DNA of 64,000 bases from Candidatus Poribacteria bacterium (GTDB taxonomy: Bacteria; Poribacteria; WGA-4E; WGA-3G). A program made the position numbers and the translations under genes. Below, piece after piece: positions 1 through 10,105 of the stretch (the first letter of the stretch is position 1; each line of letters starts with the position of its first letter). The stretch spans positions 544,001-608,000 of the forward strand of contig CBDANF010000002.1 in assembly GCA_965197475.1 (NCBI GenBank), in the 5' to 3' direction. A model generated the notes under the pieces. It was not told where the DNA came from and made no database searches. It saw only the letters and a program-made list of their open reading frames with translations.

Positions 1-176
1 TCACATCTTGATGCCTCAGACGAAAAAACATTGATGTGTTGCAAACTAAACTCAAAATCCTGCAGAAATTGTTCAGAAGGTTTTGCTTCCTCGACTTCGA
101 AAAAGTCATTTGCCGAGTATCTGATTCTAAATTTTTCTTGAACTTCAGAAATCTTTTTGAAATCGCTAAATGCCAT
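1..176 (-). CDS. N-terminal part (runs off the window edge) of a PD-(D/E)XK-like hypothetical protein, paralog of 1764-2363
   Basis: Not in the ORF track. Read manually: ATG at 176 after GGGAG gives MAFSDFKKISEVQEKFRIRYSANDFFEVEEAKPSEQFLQDFEFSLQHINVFSSEASRC, clearly alignable to MAFSDFKTISEVQEKFNIKYSYNDFF... Confidence 0.85.
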   Translation of the reverse strand, partial: MAFSDFKKISEVQEKFRIRYSANDFFEVEEAKPSEQFLQDFEFSLQHINVFSSEASRC

Positions 177-217
177 AAGTTTTTTCTCCCTTAAATTCTG
201 AAGTTGCTATAGATTGG

Positions 218-1732
218 TTAAGCATACGATAGTCGTTCAACTCGGTTCTCCAATGTTTCCATTTGCTCAAGGATTGCACCGATGAGTTGTGCTTTATCAG
301 CTGCATAAGCAGGATTGTCCCACTGATTGACTCGTTCTGTTGGGTCATCTGCCAGATCGTAAAGTTCACCATACGGATGTCCACAATACCATGTCAACTT
401 CCGTGTGTCAGTTACAATAGTCTTGAGGCGTAAGCCTTGCGGGTCGTCTATACATTCAATTAATACTGAATCTCGCACGTTATCTTGTTCTCCAGTGAGC
501 ATCGGCATCGCATCAACACCATCTGTATCTGATGGGATTGGCAATCCAGCAGCTGCGAGCATGGTTGGGACAATATCAACGTGGCTGAATAGTGCTTGTG
601 TACGCTGTCCAGATGGAATAACTGCAGGATACCGCATCAATGTCGGCACTCTGACAAGCTGCTCATAATGGAAAGGTCCCTTCATCCAGAGTCCGTGGTC
701 ACCCAGAAGTTCACCGTGATCGGTAGTAAACAGGACCAATGTCCTTTCGGTCAATCCGCGCGCATCAAGACATTCCAAAATACGTCCCATCTGCTGATCA
801 ATAATCTTCACCATATTGTAATAGTATGCTCTGCCTAACCGCGCATCGTCTTCGGAAACTTTGCGAAAATCTGCACCACCGCCTTGCCCAGCGATTGCAA
901 ACCTTCCACGAATCTTTGATTTACCAAGTTGTCCACAACGTGCTTCCATAAAATGGGGTGGCTTGTCGTCCAATTCACCCTCAATGAAGTCTGGGAGTGA
1001 CACCTCTGCAGGATCAACACGTTCCTGAAATTCTGTTGGCACGCAATGTGGATGGTGTGGATCTTGAAAGCCAACTGCTAACAAAAACGGTTGTTCGGCA
1101 GAATGGTTTGTCAGAAAATCTATTGTCCGATCAGCAGTCCAAACACTATTGTGGTATTTTAAGGATATGTCCCAATCGTGGGCACCGCCGCCAAATCCTA
1201 CTTTTGAGAGATGTGTTGCTTTGCTGTAACTCGCAAATGTCTCTTGGGAAACTTGAGACTTTACCCATTCACCGTAATGACCAGCGAGTCCATAGGTTGC
1301 ATGTCCGAGTGCCAATTCTATTGTCTCAAATCCGTAGTAGGGACCGCGAAATTCGGGATAACGATCTGTATTGCCTCGCGTTTCAATCGATTGTTCGGGA
1401 GATGCACCGAAGGGTTGAAAATGCGCTTTACCGATATAGTGCGTGCGATACCCGACATCTGAAAGTCGATGTGAGATCATCGGTTCGTCTTCAGGGACGT
1501 TCATGCCGACGTTCCACGCACCGTGTCGACTGACATATTTTCCTGAAAAGATTGAGGCACGGGCAGGCGTACATACCGGATTTGCACAATACGCACGTTC
1601 AAGACAAACCCCTTCAGAGGCGAGTTTATCCAGATGGGGTGTATCTGTAAATGTTGAACCGTAGCAGCTGAGGCTATCTGTTCGTTGTTGATCTGTTGTG
1701 ATAATAAGGATATTGGGGCGTTGTGTATTCAT
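218..1732 (-). CDS. Formylglycine-dependent sulfatase (choline-sulfatase/arylsulfatase-like)
   Basis: RPNILIITTDQQR start, CTPARASIFSG (CxPxR), GKAH, TTDHGELLGDHG, GELYDL..DP.E motifs. Start trimmed to ATG 1732. Confidence 0.95.
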   Translation of the reverse strand: MNTQRPNILIITTDQQRTDSLSCYGSTFTDTPHLDKLASEGVCLERAYCANPVCTPARASIFSGKYVSRHGAWNVGMNVPEDEPMISHRLSDVGYRTHYIGKAHFQPFGASPEQSIETRGNTDRYPEFRGPYYGFETIELALGHATYGLAGHYGEWVKSQVSQETFASYSKATHLSKVGFGGGAHDWDISLKYHNSVWTADRTIDFLTNHSAEQPFLLAVGFQDPHHPHCVPTEFQERVDPAEVSLPDFIEGELDDKPPHFMEARCGQLGKSKIRGRFAIAGQGGGADFRKVSEDDARLGRAYYYNMVKIIDQQMGRILECLDARGLTERTLVLFTTDHGELLGDHGLWMKGPFHYEQLVRVPTLMRYPAVIPSGQRTQALFSHVDIVPTMLAAAGLPIPSDTDGVDAMPMLTGEQDNVRDSVLIECIDDPQGLRLKTIVTDTRKLTWYCGHPYGELYDLADDPTERVNQWDNPAYAADKAQLIGAILEQMETLENRVERLSYA

Positions 1733-1763
1733 TAGGTATTTTATTTTCTCAATATTGACAAAC

Positions 1764-2363
1764 TTAATTTTCTTGTATTGCTTTGAAGACAGAGTCCACA
1801 GCACCAAATAGAACAGGTAAATCAGCTAAAGTAAAGTTAGTTCGATTTCGTGTAAAAACATCTCCAACAAGTTTTCCAAATTCCCATACCGTTCCATCGG
1901 TAACAATACCATAAACGGGAAAATCAGGGTCGTCATTTATTTTTTGCGCGGCAACCAACTCAGCCAAACATTGTCCCCACCCCTGTTCAAAGTCGTTCTT
2001 TTTCGCCTCAACCATCATTATCAAAGGCATTCCGACAACAGTAATGCCCAATTCAGATTTGGTAGCGACAAGATAATCTGGCGTGCCATTCAAAGTCTCA
2101 TCATAAGTAATGGATTTCTTTACCCAAAGTCCATAGTTTTCAGCATAATCTTTGTAGATCTCTCTTAAAATAGGGAATATAACCACTTCACATCTTGATC
2201 CCTCTGATGTAAAAAAATCAATATGTTGCTTACTAAACTCAAGTTCTTTCAGAAATTGTTCTGAAGGATCTTTTGCCTCAACTCCAAAAAAATCGTTATA
2301 CGAGTATTTGATGTTAAATTTTTCTTGAACCTCAGAAATTGTCTTAAAATCGCTAAATGCCAT
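1764..2363 (-). CDS. Hypothetical protein, PD-(D/E)XK restriction-endonuclease-like (HsdR N-terminal-like family)
   Basis: GTPDY...VEAKK...GWGQCLAELVAAQ...YGIVTDG.VWEF pattern; GGGAGG RBS before ATG 2363. Confidence 0.7.
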   Translation of the reverse strand: MAFSDFKTISEVQEKFNIKYSYNDFFGVEAKDPSEQFLKELEFSKQHIDFFTSEGSRCEVVIFPILREIYKDYAENYGLWVKKSITYDETLNGTPDYLVATKSELGITVVGMPLIMMVEAKKNDFEQGWGQCLAELVAAQKINDDPDFPVYGIVTDGTVWEFGKLVGDVFTRNRTNFTLADLPVLFGAVDSVFKAIQEN

Positions 2364-2415
2364 GAGTGCTACCTCCCATAATTTCAATTTAAGATTATTT
2401 GAAGTGAGTTATAGA

Positions 2416-3237
2416 CTACGAACAAAAAGGTTTTAAATAAGCATAACTCTGTTCCGCAGCGTCTTCAGGTTCCATTATCTCCCGGAACGCTTGATGTACC
2501 GTTACATAACCATTGTAACCGATTGCTTTTAAACTGCTAAACACTAATGGGAAATCAATTCCACCTTCATCTTGTAAGCGGATCGGATCGTGTGGCACCT
2601 CGCCTTGAATCCACGTCAAAAGACGTGTCTTTCCTTCTGGTCTGCGGACGTGGTTCTGAAGATAGACGTTGAACAGATATGGCGAAAACTTCTTTAGGGT
2701 TTCAATACCGTAATCCTGCGCGCACAAGTCAAGATTTGCTGGTTCATAAATAATGCCGAAATTCTTTCTGTTGACACGTTTTAGCACATCAATCGAACCT
2801 TCTACTGTTTCAAATAGACTTTGTGTATGGGATTGGTGTGCAAGACGGATACCGCGTTCTGCGGCTTCGTCGGATGCGCGTTGTGCCCAAAGAATATCCT
2901 CCTCAACCTTCATAGCAATGCGAATGAGGTCTGATTCGAGAAGTTCAGTCAGATCAAGATACGGTGTTATATTGCGAAGTCCATTAGGTCCTTCATCGTT
3001 GTTAAGTGGCACGGGAAAGTCGCCGGTAATCATAGAGACTTTTAGGTTCAGCGAGTCTGCTTGTTTGCGTGCGGTGGTAATCTGCTCCAGAGGTGAATGG
3101 ATACCGATTTGGGAGGCGCGCATACACATTGCCTTGTAGCCGAGGTTTGCTGCCAGTTCTGTTAGTTGCACAAAGGTGTGGGTGGCATCCCTTTTTGAGG
3201 CGTTTTCTGCGACGCGAACGGAGAGCGATAGTTTCAT
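2416..3237 (-). CDS. Sugar phosphate isomerase/epimerase (xylose-isomerase-like TIM barrel)
   Basis: AAERGIRLAHQSH, NFGIIYEPANL, GGIDF...LKAIGYNGYVTVH pattern. Confidence 0.8.
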   Translation of the reverse strand: MKLSLSVRVAENASKRDATHTFVQLTELAANLGYKAMCMRASQIGIHSPLEQITTARKQADSLNLKVSMITGDFPVPLNNDEGPNGLRNITPYLDLTELLESDLIRIAMKVEEDILWAQRASDEAAERGIRLAHQSHTQSLFETVEGSIDVLKRVNRKNFGIIYEPANLDLCAQDYGIETLKKFSPYLFNVYLQNHVRRPEGKTRLLTWIQGEVPHDPIRLQDEGGIDFPLVFSSLKAIGYNGYVTVHQAFREIMEPEDAAEQSYAYLKPFCS

Positions 3238-3273
3238 ATTTAACGTGTCTCCAAGACCAATGGATAGGTTCTG

Positions 3274-4122
3274 CTACAGTAGAATATCGGCGATTGAAAG
3301 TGCCATCAACACCAGACTAATCATGCCGTTCAGTGTGAAAAATGCAAGATTGACGCGGGATAGGTCATCCGGTTTGACGATGGCATGTTCATAGATAAAG
3401 ATAAACACAACGATCCAGACACCAACGAAGTAGAAATGTCCCATTTCTGCGAAACGAGGAATACAAAACAGGAGAAAAACAGCAACAACATGCAGCGCAG
3501 ATGAAACCCATAATGCCCAACGATTACCGATCCGCGCTGGGATAGAATGAAGCCCATGTTTTCTGTCGAAATTAACGTCTTGGCATGCATAAATGATGTC
3601 AAAACCTGCTGTCCAAAGCAACACAACACAGCAGAGAATTATCGGTGTCCAATCAAATTGCCCCTTAATTGCAATCCACGCACCTACGGGTGAAATGGAG
3701 AGCGCAAGTCCTAACCACAAATGCGAAAGTGCAGTGAACCGTTTGGTATATGAATATCCCATAATTACGGCAAGGGCAACCGGGGATAACGCAAACGCAA
3801 GCGGGTTCAATCGCCATGCTGCACATACCAACAAACCTGCCGAAACGAGTGTAAAAAACCATACTGCCCCTTTTGTGATTAATCCTGCTGGAATTGCGCG
3901 CGTTGCTGTCCGTGGGTTTTCGCTATCAATTTCAGCATCGGCAAGGCGATTGAATGCCATGGCGCAGCTGCGCGCACCAACCATCGCCACGAGGATCCAT
4001 CCTAGTTTCGTCAGCGATGGAAGCCCTTCCGCAGCAATAAACGCGCTCATAATGGCGAACGGGAGCGCGAACACGGTATGTTCAAATTTTATCATTTCAA
4101 GGATAATTTTGAGTTTTCGCAT
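3274..4122 (-). CDS. ubiA: UbiA-family polyprenyltransferase (MqnP-like, futalosine-type menaquinone pathway)
   Basis: IKFEHTVFALPF, NRLADAEIDSENPRT.R.IPAG, YSYTKRF, FDIIYACQD motifs; multiple TM helices. Confidence 0.9.
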   Translation of the reverse strand: MRKLKIILEMIKFEHTVFALPFAIMSAFIAAEGLPSLTKLGWILVAMVGARSCAMAFNRLADAEIDSENPRTATRAIPAGLITKGAVWFFTLVSAGLLVCAAWRLNPLAFALSPVALAVIMGYSYTKRFTALSHLWLGLALSISPVGAWIAIKGQFDWTPIILCCVVLLWTAGFDIIYACQDVNFDRKHGLHSIPARIGNRWALWVSSALHVVAVFLLFCIPRFAEMGHFYFVGVWIVVFIFIYEHAIVKPDDLSRVNLAFFTLNGMISLVLMALSIADILL

Positions 4123-4129
4123 CAACGTC

Positions 4130-4720
4130 CTATTCTTTCCAACGTTGGGTCAGTCCCGAATCTATACCGAACTGATCTAAGATTTTCGTTACAACAAAGT
4201 TGATCTGGTCATCAACCGTTTTGGGAAAGTGGTAAAACCCCGGCATCGCAGGCAATATACACACCCCAATGCGTGACAATTTGAGCATGTTTTCAAGATG
4301 GATGGAACTGAGCGGCGTTTCACGCGGTACAATGACAAGTTTACGGCGTTCCTTGATACAGACGTCTGCTGCACGTTGGATAAGATTACGCGAAATACCC
4401 GCTGCAATAGAGGCGACAGAGCCCATACTACACGGCACCACAATCATCCCCTCCGTGCGGAAAGAACCGCTTGCGATGGATGCGCCAATATTAGATTCAT
4501 GATGATAAATGACCTGCTCCGTATCAACACCAATTAGCGATTCCAACCGAAATTTATCAATGTCTACTTCAATCTGTAGTTCTTCCCACAACGCTCGCGC
4601 GCCAGATTTAGAGATCGTCAAATGCACTTCTATATCTTCACGTTTTGTGAGGACTTCAAGAAGACGTACCCCGTAAACGACTGCACTTGCACCTGTGATA
4701 CCGACAATTAATCGCTTCAC
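4130..4720 (-). CDS. ubiX: Flavin prenyltransferase UbiX
   Basis: GITGAS, ASGS, VPCSMGS, RAADVCIKERR.LV.VPRETP, PAMPGFYH. Confidence 0.95.
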   Translation of the reverse strand: MKRLIVGITGASAVVYGVRLLEVLTKREDIEVHLTISKSGARALWEELQIEVDIDKFRLESLIGVDTEQVIYHHESNIGASIASGSFRTEGMIVVPCSMGSVASIAAGISRNLIQRAADVCIKERRKLVIVPRETPLSSIHLENMLKLSRIGVCILPAMPGFYHFPKTVDDQINFVVTKILDQFGIDSGLTQRWKE

Positions 4721-6001
4721 TTAGTGCGTCTCCGATGTAAACGGCAGTAGGTTGCCTGTTGCGTCAAATTCGAAAGGAAGTGTTTCACCCGTAACTTCAA
4801 GGTTTGAGTGTAGTTGCACATCTTCAAGGAGTGCTTCAGAGATGTCAAGTTCTGTTAATCTTAACGTGCTCTCAATCCGAATAACGCGTGCGTTCTCGGG
4901 TTTTGTCAAACCGATAGTGTCAAGTGCTACTTCAATCGCTTCTCTGTCTGTATCGTAGTAGAACGGAATCTTTGATTTCTGCGGTCCGAGTGCGGTGATA
5001 CCGTTCATATAGGTTGCGTGTCGGTCAATCTGGTCGATAAGCCGCGTTGTAGTAAAATCTGCAAGACCGATACCAGTTGCATTGCCATCACTCTCTTCGG
5101 TAAGATCACGGACAAATATGCGTAGGATGGCGGGTTTGAGGGGTTCAGGCTCAAAATTCTGCATCATCCTGCCGATAACGTTTGAATCCATCCCTGTCCC
5201 GCTGATATTTTTTCCTGCCCAATCTACAATCAATAAGTCAAGTTCATCAACAGGGAGTCTCCCCATCAACGATTTTGCTTCAACAAGGAGTTCGCGTTCA
5301 GTTTGTAGTAGGCGTGCGGCAGGGATTGCAACAGTTTTAGCGGTATCTTCATGCGCATTTTCAAGGAGTCCCAACCCAAAAGCGATCTTCCCTGTGTCAA
5401 GAATGAAACCACCAACCGCTGTGATAACGTGTTCAAAACCGTATTGAAAGAAAGCGCGGTGATAGAAGTTTGCCCCTTGCTGTTTACCAAGACCAATAAC
5501 CATCATTTTCATGAGACCGCTTTCAATAGAGCCGTTGAAATCTGTATGTGCTTTAATGCGATTCAGTGGCACAATGTGGTCTGCTTCTGCAGCGTAGCGA
5601 TCCATGAAAACAGGTAGGTCGTCAGCACCTGCATGTTGTAGACTACCGAGCTTCACAACCTCCATTGTTGCTTTTACTGGTGCACCCATGGTCGCTTCAG
5701 TGATGCCGTAATGTTCCAGTACGCTTCGCTGTCCTTCCGCGGTTGCGCCTCCGTGGCTTCCCATTGCCGGAACAACAAAAGGTTTCGCATCGAGACCTTT
5801 GAGATAATCAACAGTTGCCTTGACTGCGGTTGCAATATTGGCAACGCCACGACTACCGGCGGTTATTGCTACGGTTTCACCTGAGTGGATAATAGATGCA
5901 GCGTTAATCCGCTCTAATTCCTCATGGATTGCTGCGGGTAGAGAAGTGAGAACTGGTGCTTCAAAATGTTGTCGTACCCGTGCCATTTTTGGAAGTGCCA
6001 T
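4721..6001 (-). CDS. LarA/DUF362-like nickel-pincer racemase/epimerase-domain protein
   Basis: VAITAGSRGVANI, PAMGSHGGAT.EGQ, NRIKAHTDF, ESGLMKM..IGLGK, GKNISGTGMD. Confidence 0.8.
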   Translation of the reverse strand: MALPKMARVRQHFEAPVLTSLPAAIHEELERINAASIIHSGETVAITAGSRGVANIATAVKATVDYLKGLDAKPFVVPAMGSHGGATAEGQRSVLEHYGITEATMGAPVKATMEVVKLGSLQHAGADDLPVFMDRYAAEADHIVPLNRIKAHTDFNGSIESGLMKMMVIGLGKQQGANFYHRAFFQYGFEHVITAVGGFILDTGKIAFGLGLLENAHEDTAKTVAIPAARLLQTERELLVEAKSLMGRLPVDELDLLIVDWAGKNISGTGMDSNVIGRMMQNFEPEPLKPAILRIFVRDLTEESDGNATGIGLADFTTTRLIDQIDRHATYMNGITALGPQKSKIPFYYDTDREAIEVALDTIGLTKPENARVIRIESTLRLTELDISEALLEDVQLHSNLEVTGETLPFEFDATGNLLPFTSETH

Positions 6002-6202
6002 TTGTTTACGTCCTTTGTATAATAAAGTACTGTCTTTACCAAAATCAACTTTTATGGGCAATTTTATCAGAAATAGGACAGAAATGCAAGAAAATTCAAA
6101 GTCAGTCTCAGATTTATCTGTTTCAACCTGATTCTGTAGTAAAATTGATTGATACTTTTTACGAATCCTATTACAATATATACAGCACGCGCTTTAGTAC
6201 GA

Positions 6203-6476
6203 CTAAACTTTGGACATTTTAGAGTACTTGTGTGGTAGCAGGGGTAATAGAAACACCTTGTACATCAATATAAGATTTTGTTTATACACATTTCGCCCCG
6301 CTGGGGCTTACTGCGTTAAGGTTATCGTTTTCTATACACATTTCGCCCGCTGGGGCTGCTCTTTGCTGCACACGAAATACATTTTTCTGTGAGTTACGAA
6401 CCTGAACAAACTTGCAGAAAATAGAAAAATACTTGAAAACCCAACATGAAACTAACTAAAATTGTCCAAACTTTAG
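6203..6476. mobile_element. MITE (274 bp) with ~20-bp imperfect TIRs and a 10-bp target-site duplication
   Basis: Left end CTAAACTTTGGACATTTTAG (6203-6222); right end CTAAAATTGTCCAAACTTTAG (6456-6476); exact direct repeat TTTAGTACGA at 6193-6202 and 6477-6486. Confidence 0.8.
6283..6357. repeat. Two direct copies of a REP-like palindromic unit inside the MITE
   Basis: TATACACATTTCGCCCCGCTGGGGCT at 6283-6308 and a 1-nt-shorter copy at 6333-6357. Confidence 0.8.
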
Positions 6477-6514
6477 TTTAGTACGAATAAATTTAAAACA
6501 AAGAGAATGACACT

Positions 6515-6883
6515 ATGAATTCTGAACAACACGAAGCAGAAATTGCCGCTGAACAGGATGCTAAAACTGATGTCAACAAACTGGTTTGGATTTGTGTGGG
6601 ACTCTTTGGAAATATTATAGGAGTTCTAATTGCATACATCTATCAACCCACACCCCCAGCATCACGGCTTTTTGAGAAGTCGGAGGCGTATAAGGTGTTT
6701 TACACGGATACTTACAAAGTAAAAGCCCGGAACGTTCAACTCATCTATGCTGCCATCGGTTTAGCAATAATTGTTGGGATTTATATCATTATCCAAATAG
6801 TTGCGATAAGTATGATTGTGAACATTTCCAAGAAGGCTAGGCAGTTAGTTGGATTTTGTGGAGGTTCACTGCGTTCAATTTAA
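6515..6883 (+). CDS. Small membrane protein (2 TM)
   Basis: Two hydrophobic segments flanking YQPTPPASRLFEKS; ATG with AGAG upstream. Confidence 0.7.
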   Translation: MNSEQHEAEIAAEQDAKTDVNKLVWICVGLFGNIIGVLIAYIYQPTPPASRLFEKSEAYKVFYTDTYKVKARNVQLIYAAIGLAIIVGIYIIIQIVAISMIVNISKKARQLVGFCGGSLRSI

Positions 6884-7068
6884 ACCTATACCTCTGGACG
6901 AGTTGCATTTTAAAAACTTGTTACGTTATAATAAAATATAGGATAATAAAATATAGGAACGAACTCGCGGGCACCCACATTGCAAAGTCCAAAACGGAAA
7001 GGATAACCAAGAAAATGGTGAAATCTAATTTTTTTATAGCAAATTTTGGCTTGCACATTAAGACAAAT

Positions 7069-7845
7069 ATGGCACATAAGGCAGCGCGAAGGTTGATAAT
7101 TTACCTTTTTCTCGTGTTTACTATGACTGTCAGTGTGTTCGCAGCAGACCATGCACCTACTCCCAAAGTTGAAGATATTATTAGACATATCGATCAGCTT
7201 TATCGCAGCAAAACAAGTCATGCCGACATGGAGATGCAAATCGTCACGCCTCATTACGAACGAACGTTAAAGATGTTGGTTTGGACAAAGGGTATGGATA
7301 AAACTTTTATTCGGATTACCGCACCAAAGAAGGATAAGGATGTCGCGACACTACGGATCGGTAATCAGATGTGGAATTATCTGCCCAAAATTAACAAGAC
7401 GATGAAGATTCCACCGTCAATGATGATGGGTTCATGGATGGGTTCTGATTTCACGAATGACGACCTCGTTAGAGAGTCGTCAATGCTCAACGATTACACC
7501 TACCGACTGATTACTCCAGAAGACGCAACCCCAGATCATCTATATGTTGAGCTTATACCGAATGAAGAATCGCCAATTGTTTGGGGTAAAGTTATTGCTG
7601 CAGTGCGATCCGCTGATTATATTCCTGTTTGGCAGCATTTCTATGACGAAAAAGGAAAATTGATGCGTGTTCTGAACTTCAAAGAGGTTAAAAAATTTGG
7701 TAGTAAAACGCTTCCTTCTGTGATGGAAATGATTCCGCAAAACAAAGAGGGACACAAAACAGTGGTTCGGTTTTTGAAGGCGGAGTATGATTCTGATATT
7801 GATGAAAAAATCTTCACGCGCCGAAATCTTCAGAAAAGAAAATAG
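7069..7845 (+). CDS. Outer-membrane lipoprotein-sorting (LolA-like) periplasmic protein
   Basis: Signal peptide ending VFA; MWNYLP...KIPPSMMMGSWMGSDFTNDD family motif. Start trimmed to ATG 7069. Confidence 0.85.
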   Translation: MAHKAARRLIIYLFLVFTMTVSVFAADHAPTPKVEDIIRHIDQLYRSKTSHADMEMQIVTPHYERTLKMLVWTKGMDKTFIRITAPKKDKDVATLRIGNQMWNYLPKINKTMKIPPSMMMGSWMGSDFTNDDLVRESSMLNDYTYRLITPEDATPDHLYVELIPNEESPIVWGKVIAAVRSADYIPVWQHFYDEKGKLMRVLNFKEVKKFGSKTLPSVMEMIPQNKEGHKTVVRFLKAEYDSDIDEKIFTRRNLQKRK

Positions 7846-7881
7846 TTTGTTTTCTACTGGAAAAACAGTAGAGATTTCAAA

Positions 7882-8466
7882 ATGGGAGTTATAATGAAGA
7901 GGTATTCAGTGAGAAAAATAGTGAGATGCATAATTCCTGTCCTAATCTTTCTCTTATTGAGTTTAACTTTTTGTTTTTCGATTCAGGCACAAGAGACTAA
8001 CCTTACTAAAAATTTCGGTATTGGTGCTCATGGGGCTACACCCGCATTTGGTGGCGTTAGTCTGCGTTATAACGGATTAGCACCTGTATACCTTCAAACC
8101 GTTGGACGTTTTATTCTCAGCGATGAAATTGCGGACCACATGGTAGGTGCTGGTGTATCGTATGCCATATTTGAGCATCAAGGTAAGTGGAGCCAAGCAC
8201 GGCTCTATTTCACTTTAGAAGGTGGCTGGCGGTATAACAAAGAGACAGATATCCAAGATGAGACATCAGAAACCACGACATTAGAAGAAACCACGACATT
8301 GGCAGCTGGAATCGCTTTTGGTGGTGAGCTTGTGTTTTCATTTGGTGGGATACCACTCGGATTGAACATCGGAATTGGTCAAGGGATTGGCAGAGAAAAC
8401 GCCAATTCTCAATCTAAAGGTCTTGCTGGTGTCTACGTAGCAGCGGGTATACATGCCTATTTTTAA
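7882..8466 (+). CDS. Putative small outer-membrane beta-barrel protein
   Basis: Signal peptide (IQA-Q), alternating amphipathic strands, C-terminal ...GIHAYF; internal 18-bp duplication (SETTT/EETTT). Confidence 0.6.
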   Translation: MGVIMKRYSVRKIVRCIIPVLIFLLLSLTFCFSIQAQETNLTKNFGIGAHGATPAFGGVSLRYNGLAPVYLQTVGRFILSDEIADHMVGAGVSYAIFEHQGKWSQARLYFTLEGGWRYNKETDIQDETSETTTLEETTTLAAGIAFGGELVFSFGGIPLGLNIGIGQGIGRENANSQSKGLAGVYVAAGIHAYF

Positions 8467-10081
8467 ATCTGTTCTTCTACATCTTTTTCTCATATTTGTC
8501 TGTAGTATATCTATATCCGGATGCTCAAAAGAACTTGGTGGAGAAGTAAAACAGACAGTGCCAATTCCCCCTGCAGCGTTCTCTTTTAAACAACACGAGA
8601 TTGTCACCGGTTCCGCGAAACACCAGACCGTTTTGACAGGGTTCCTTATGGGAGGGACTATTGCGGAACTTGCTATGGTGGATATTGACGAAAACAATAC
8701 CCGACGGCTGCGTATCTATGCATTCAATGATGGAACTTGGGGACAGAGCCTTGACGCAACGTTGCACCCACAAGTGTTGTTTGTTGACATAACACATATT
8801 GATGGACGCGACAGACTCATCAGTTACGAACCTGGTCGTCTGAACTGGTTTGATCCGGACTCTGCAATAGAACGGACACTGGTAGAAATTACTACGAACT
8901 ACAACACGATTGACAAAGGTAAAATCCCACATGTTGACATTACCCAAGACCTAAACGGTGACAGCCTTGACGACCTGGTAGTTCCAGATGTTGATGGTTT
9001 CTGGATAGCCACGCAATTGGAAAATGGAGGGTTCACCGACCCGATAAAAATTGGACCACCCGACCCCTTCCTTGATGATATAGCATTGGATGAGAAAAGT
9101 AACTACCGCGATGTGGGAATAAACGCCTTGACGGTTTTATGGTACCTGAGTCGTGTCCATCAGATGGACTACAATGCGGACGGACGCAACGATCTTGTGT
9201 TTTGGAACGTAGATCATTTCAACGTTTATCTGCAGAACACACAAGGGATGTTTTCCCCGATGGCTGAAACCTTTACTATTGATGTGCCGTTTGACACTGA
9301 CGGTGCCTATTCAATTGCTTTCGGATACAGCGGCGAGAACATGTTGGCACTTATCTATGGATTTAGAAAGAACACCAAACGGAAAGTGCTGCACACGTTC
9401 CGTGATATGAACGGGGACGGTGTAGCGGATCTGATAATCCACGCATTGGCGGGAAGGAGTCTTGGAAAACAGCGAAGTCTGTACGAAGTCCATTTGGGCA
9501 TGCTAACCCCTAATGGGACAGTGTTCGCAAAAGATATTAGTATGATGATCAGACCGCGTGGGACTGCTGGTGCACTGCAGCCTTGGGGCTATTCGTCTCA
9601 GTGGTTGCAGGACTTTGATGGAGATGGTGATATCGACATTCTGTTCAGAGATGTGAATACTGCTATCGGCGGAATGACCCGTGCACTTGTCGGCAATTCT
9701 ATCGCGATAGATCTTGAGTTCTATCGTATGGAAAATGGCACTTACGCGGACAAACCTACTGCCACACGTAAAATCAGACCGACATTAGACCTGTTCAAGG
9801 CACACGGGGTTTTCTTTCCAGCAGTATTGTTGGGTGATGTAAACGGCGATGGACACTCGGACCTGTTAGTGGGAAAGAACTGGAAAGAATTGCACATTTT
9901 TCTCGGTGTATCGGGACCTGAGTTGTTAGCAAAGAAGCCTCAAAAAGTGAAAGTTGCCATGCCTAATGACGAGCGAAATATATGGTTAGTAAACCTCAAC
10001 AAGGACAACAAACAAGACATCCTTATCTATCATCGGTCTACCACCGAGCAATATCGAGTAACCATGCTTATGACCCGATAA
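8453..10081 (+). CDS. FG-GAP/VCBS repeat lipoprotein
   Basis: Lipobox ISGC; repeated D(L/Y/M/F/V)NGDG..DL motifs. Confidence 0.85.
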   Translation: MPIFKSVLLHLFLIFVCSISISGCSKELGGEVKQTVPIPPAAFSFKQHEIVTGSAKHQTVLTGFLMGGTIAELAMVDIDENNTRRLRIYAFNDGTWGQSLDATLHPQVLFVDITHIDGRDRLISYEPGRLNWFDPDSAIERTLVEITTNYNTIDKGKIPHVDITQDLNGDSLDDLVVPDVDGFWIATQLENGGFTDPIKIGPPDPFLDDIALDEKSNYRDVGINALTVLWYLSRVHQMDYNADGRNDLVFWNVDHFNVYLQNTQGMFSPMAETFTIDVPFDTDGAYSIAFGYSGENMLALIYGFRKNTKRKVLHTFRDMNGDGVADLIIHALAGRSLGKQRSLYEVHLGMLTPNGTVFAKDISMMIRPRGTAGALQPWGYSSQWLQDFDGDGDIDILFRDVNTAIGGMTRALVGNSIAIDLEFYRMENGTYADKPTATRKIRPTLDLFKAHGVFFPAVLLGDVNGDGHSDLLVGKNWKELHIFLGVSGPELLAKKPQKVKVAMPNDERNIWLVNLNKDNKQDILIYHRSTTEQYRVTMLMTR

Positions 10082-10105
10082 ACAAAATCATCGATTTTTT
10101 TCTAC

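Noticed and set aside
6283-6357. CRISPR array
   Set aside because: Only two units with a ~24-nt spacer, REP-like palindromes, and no cas genes; no regularly spaced array was found anywhere in the window.
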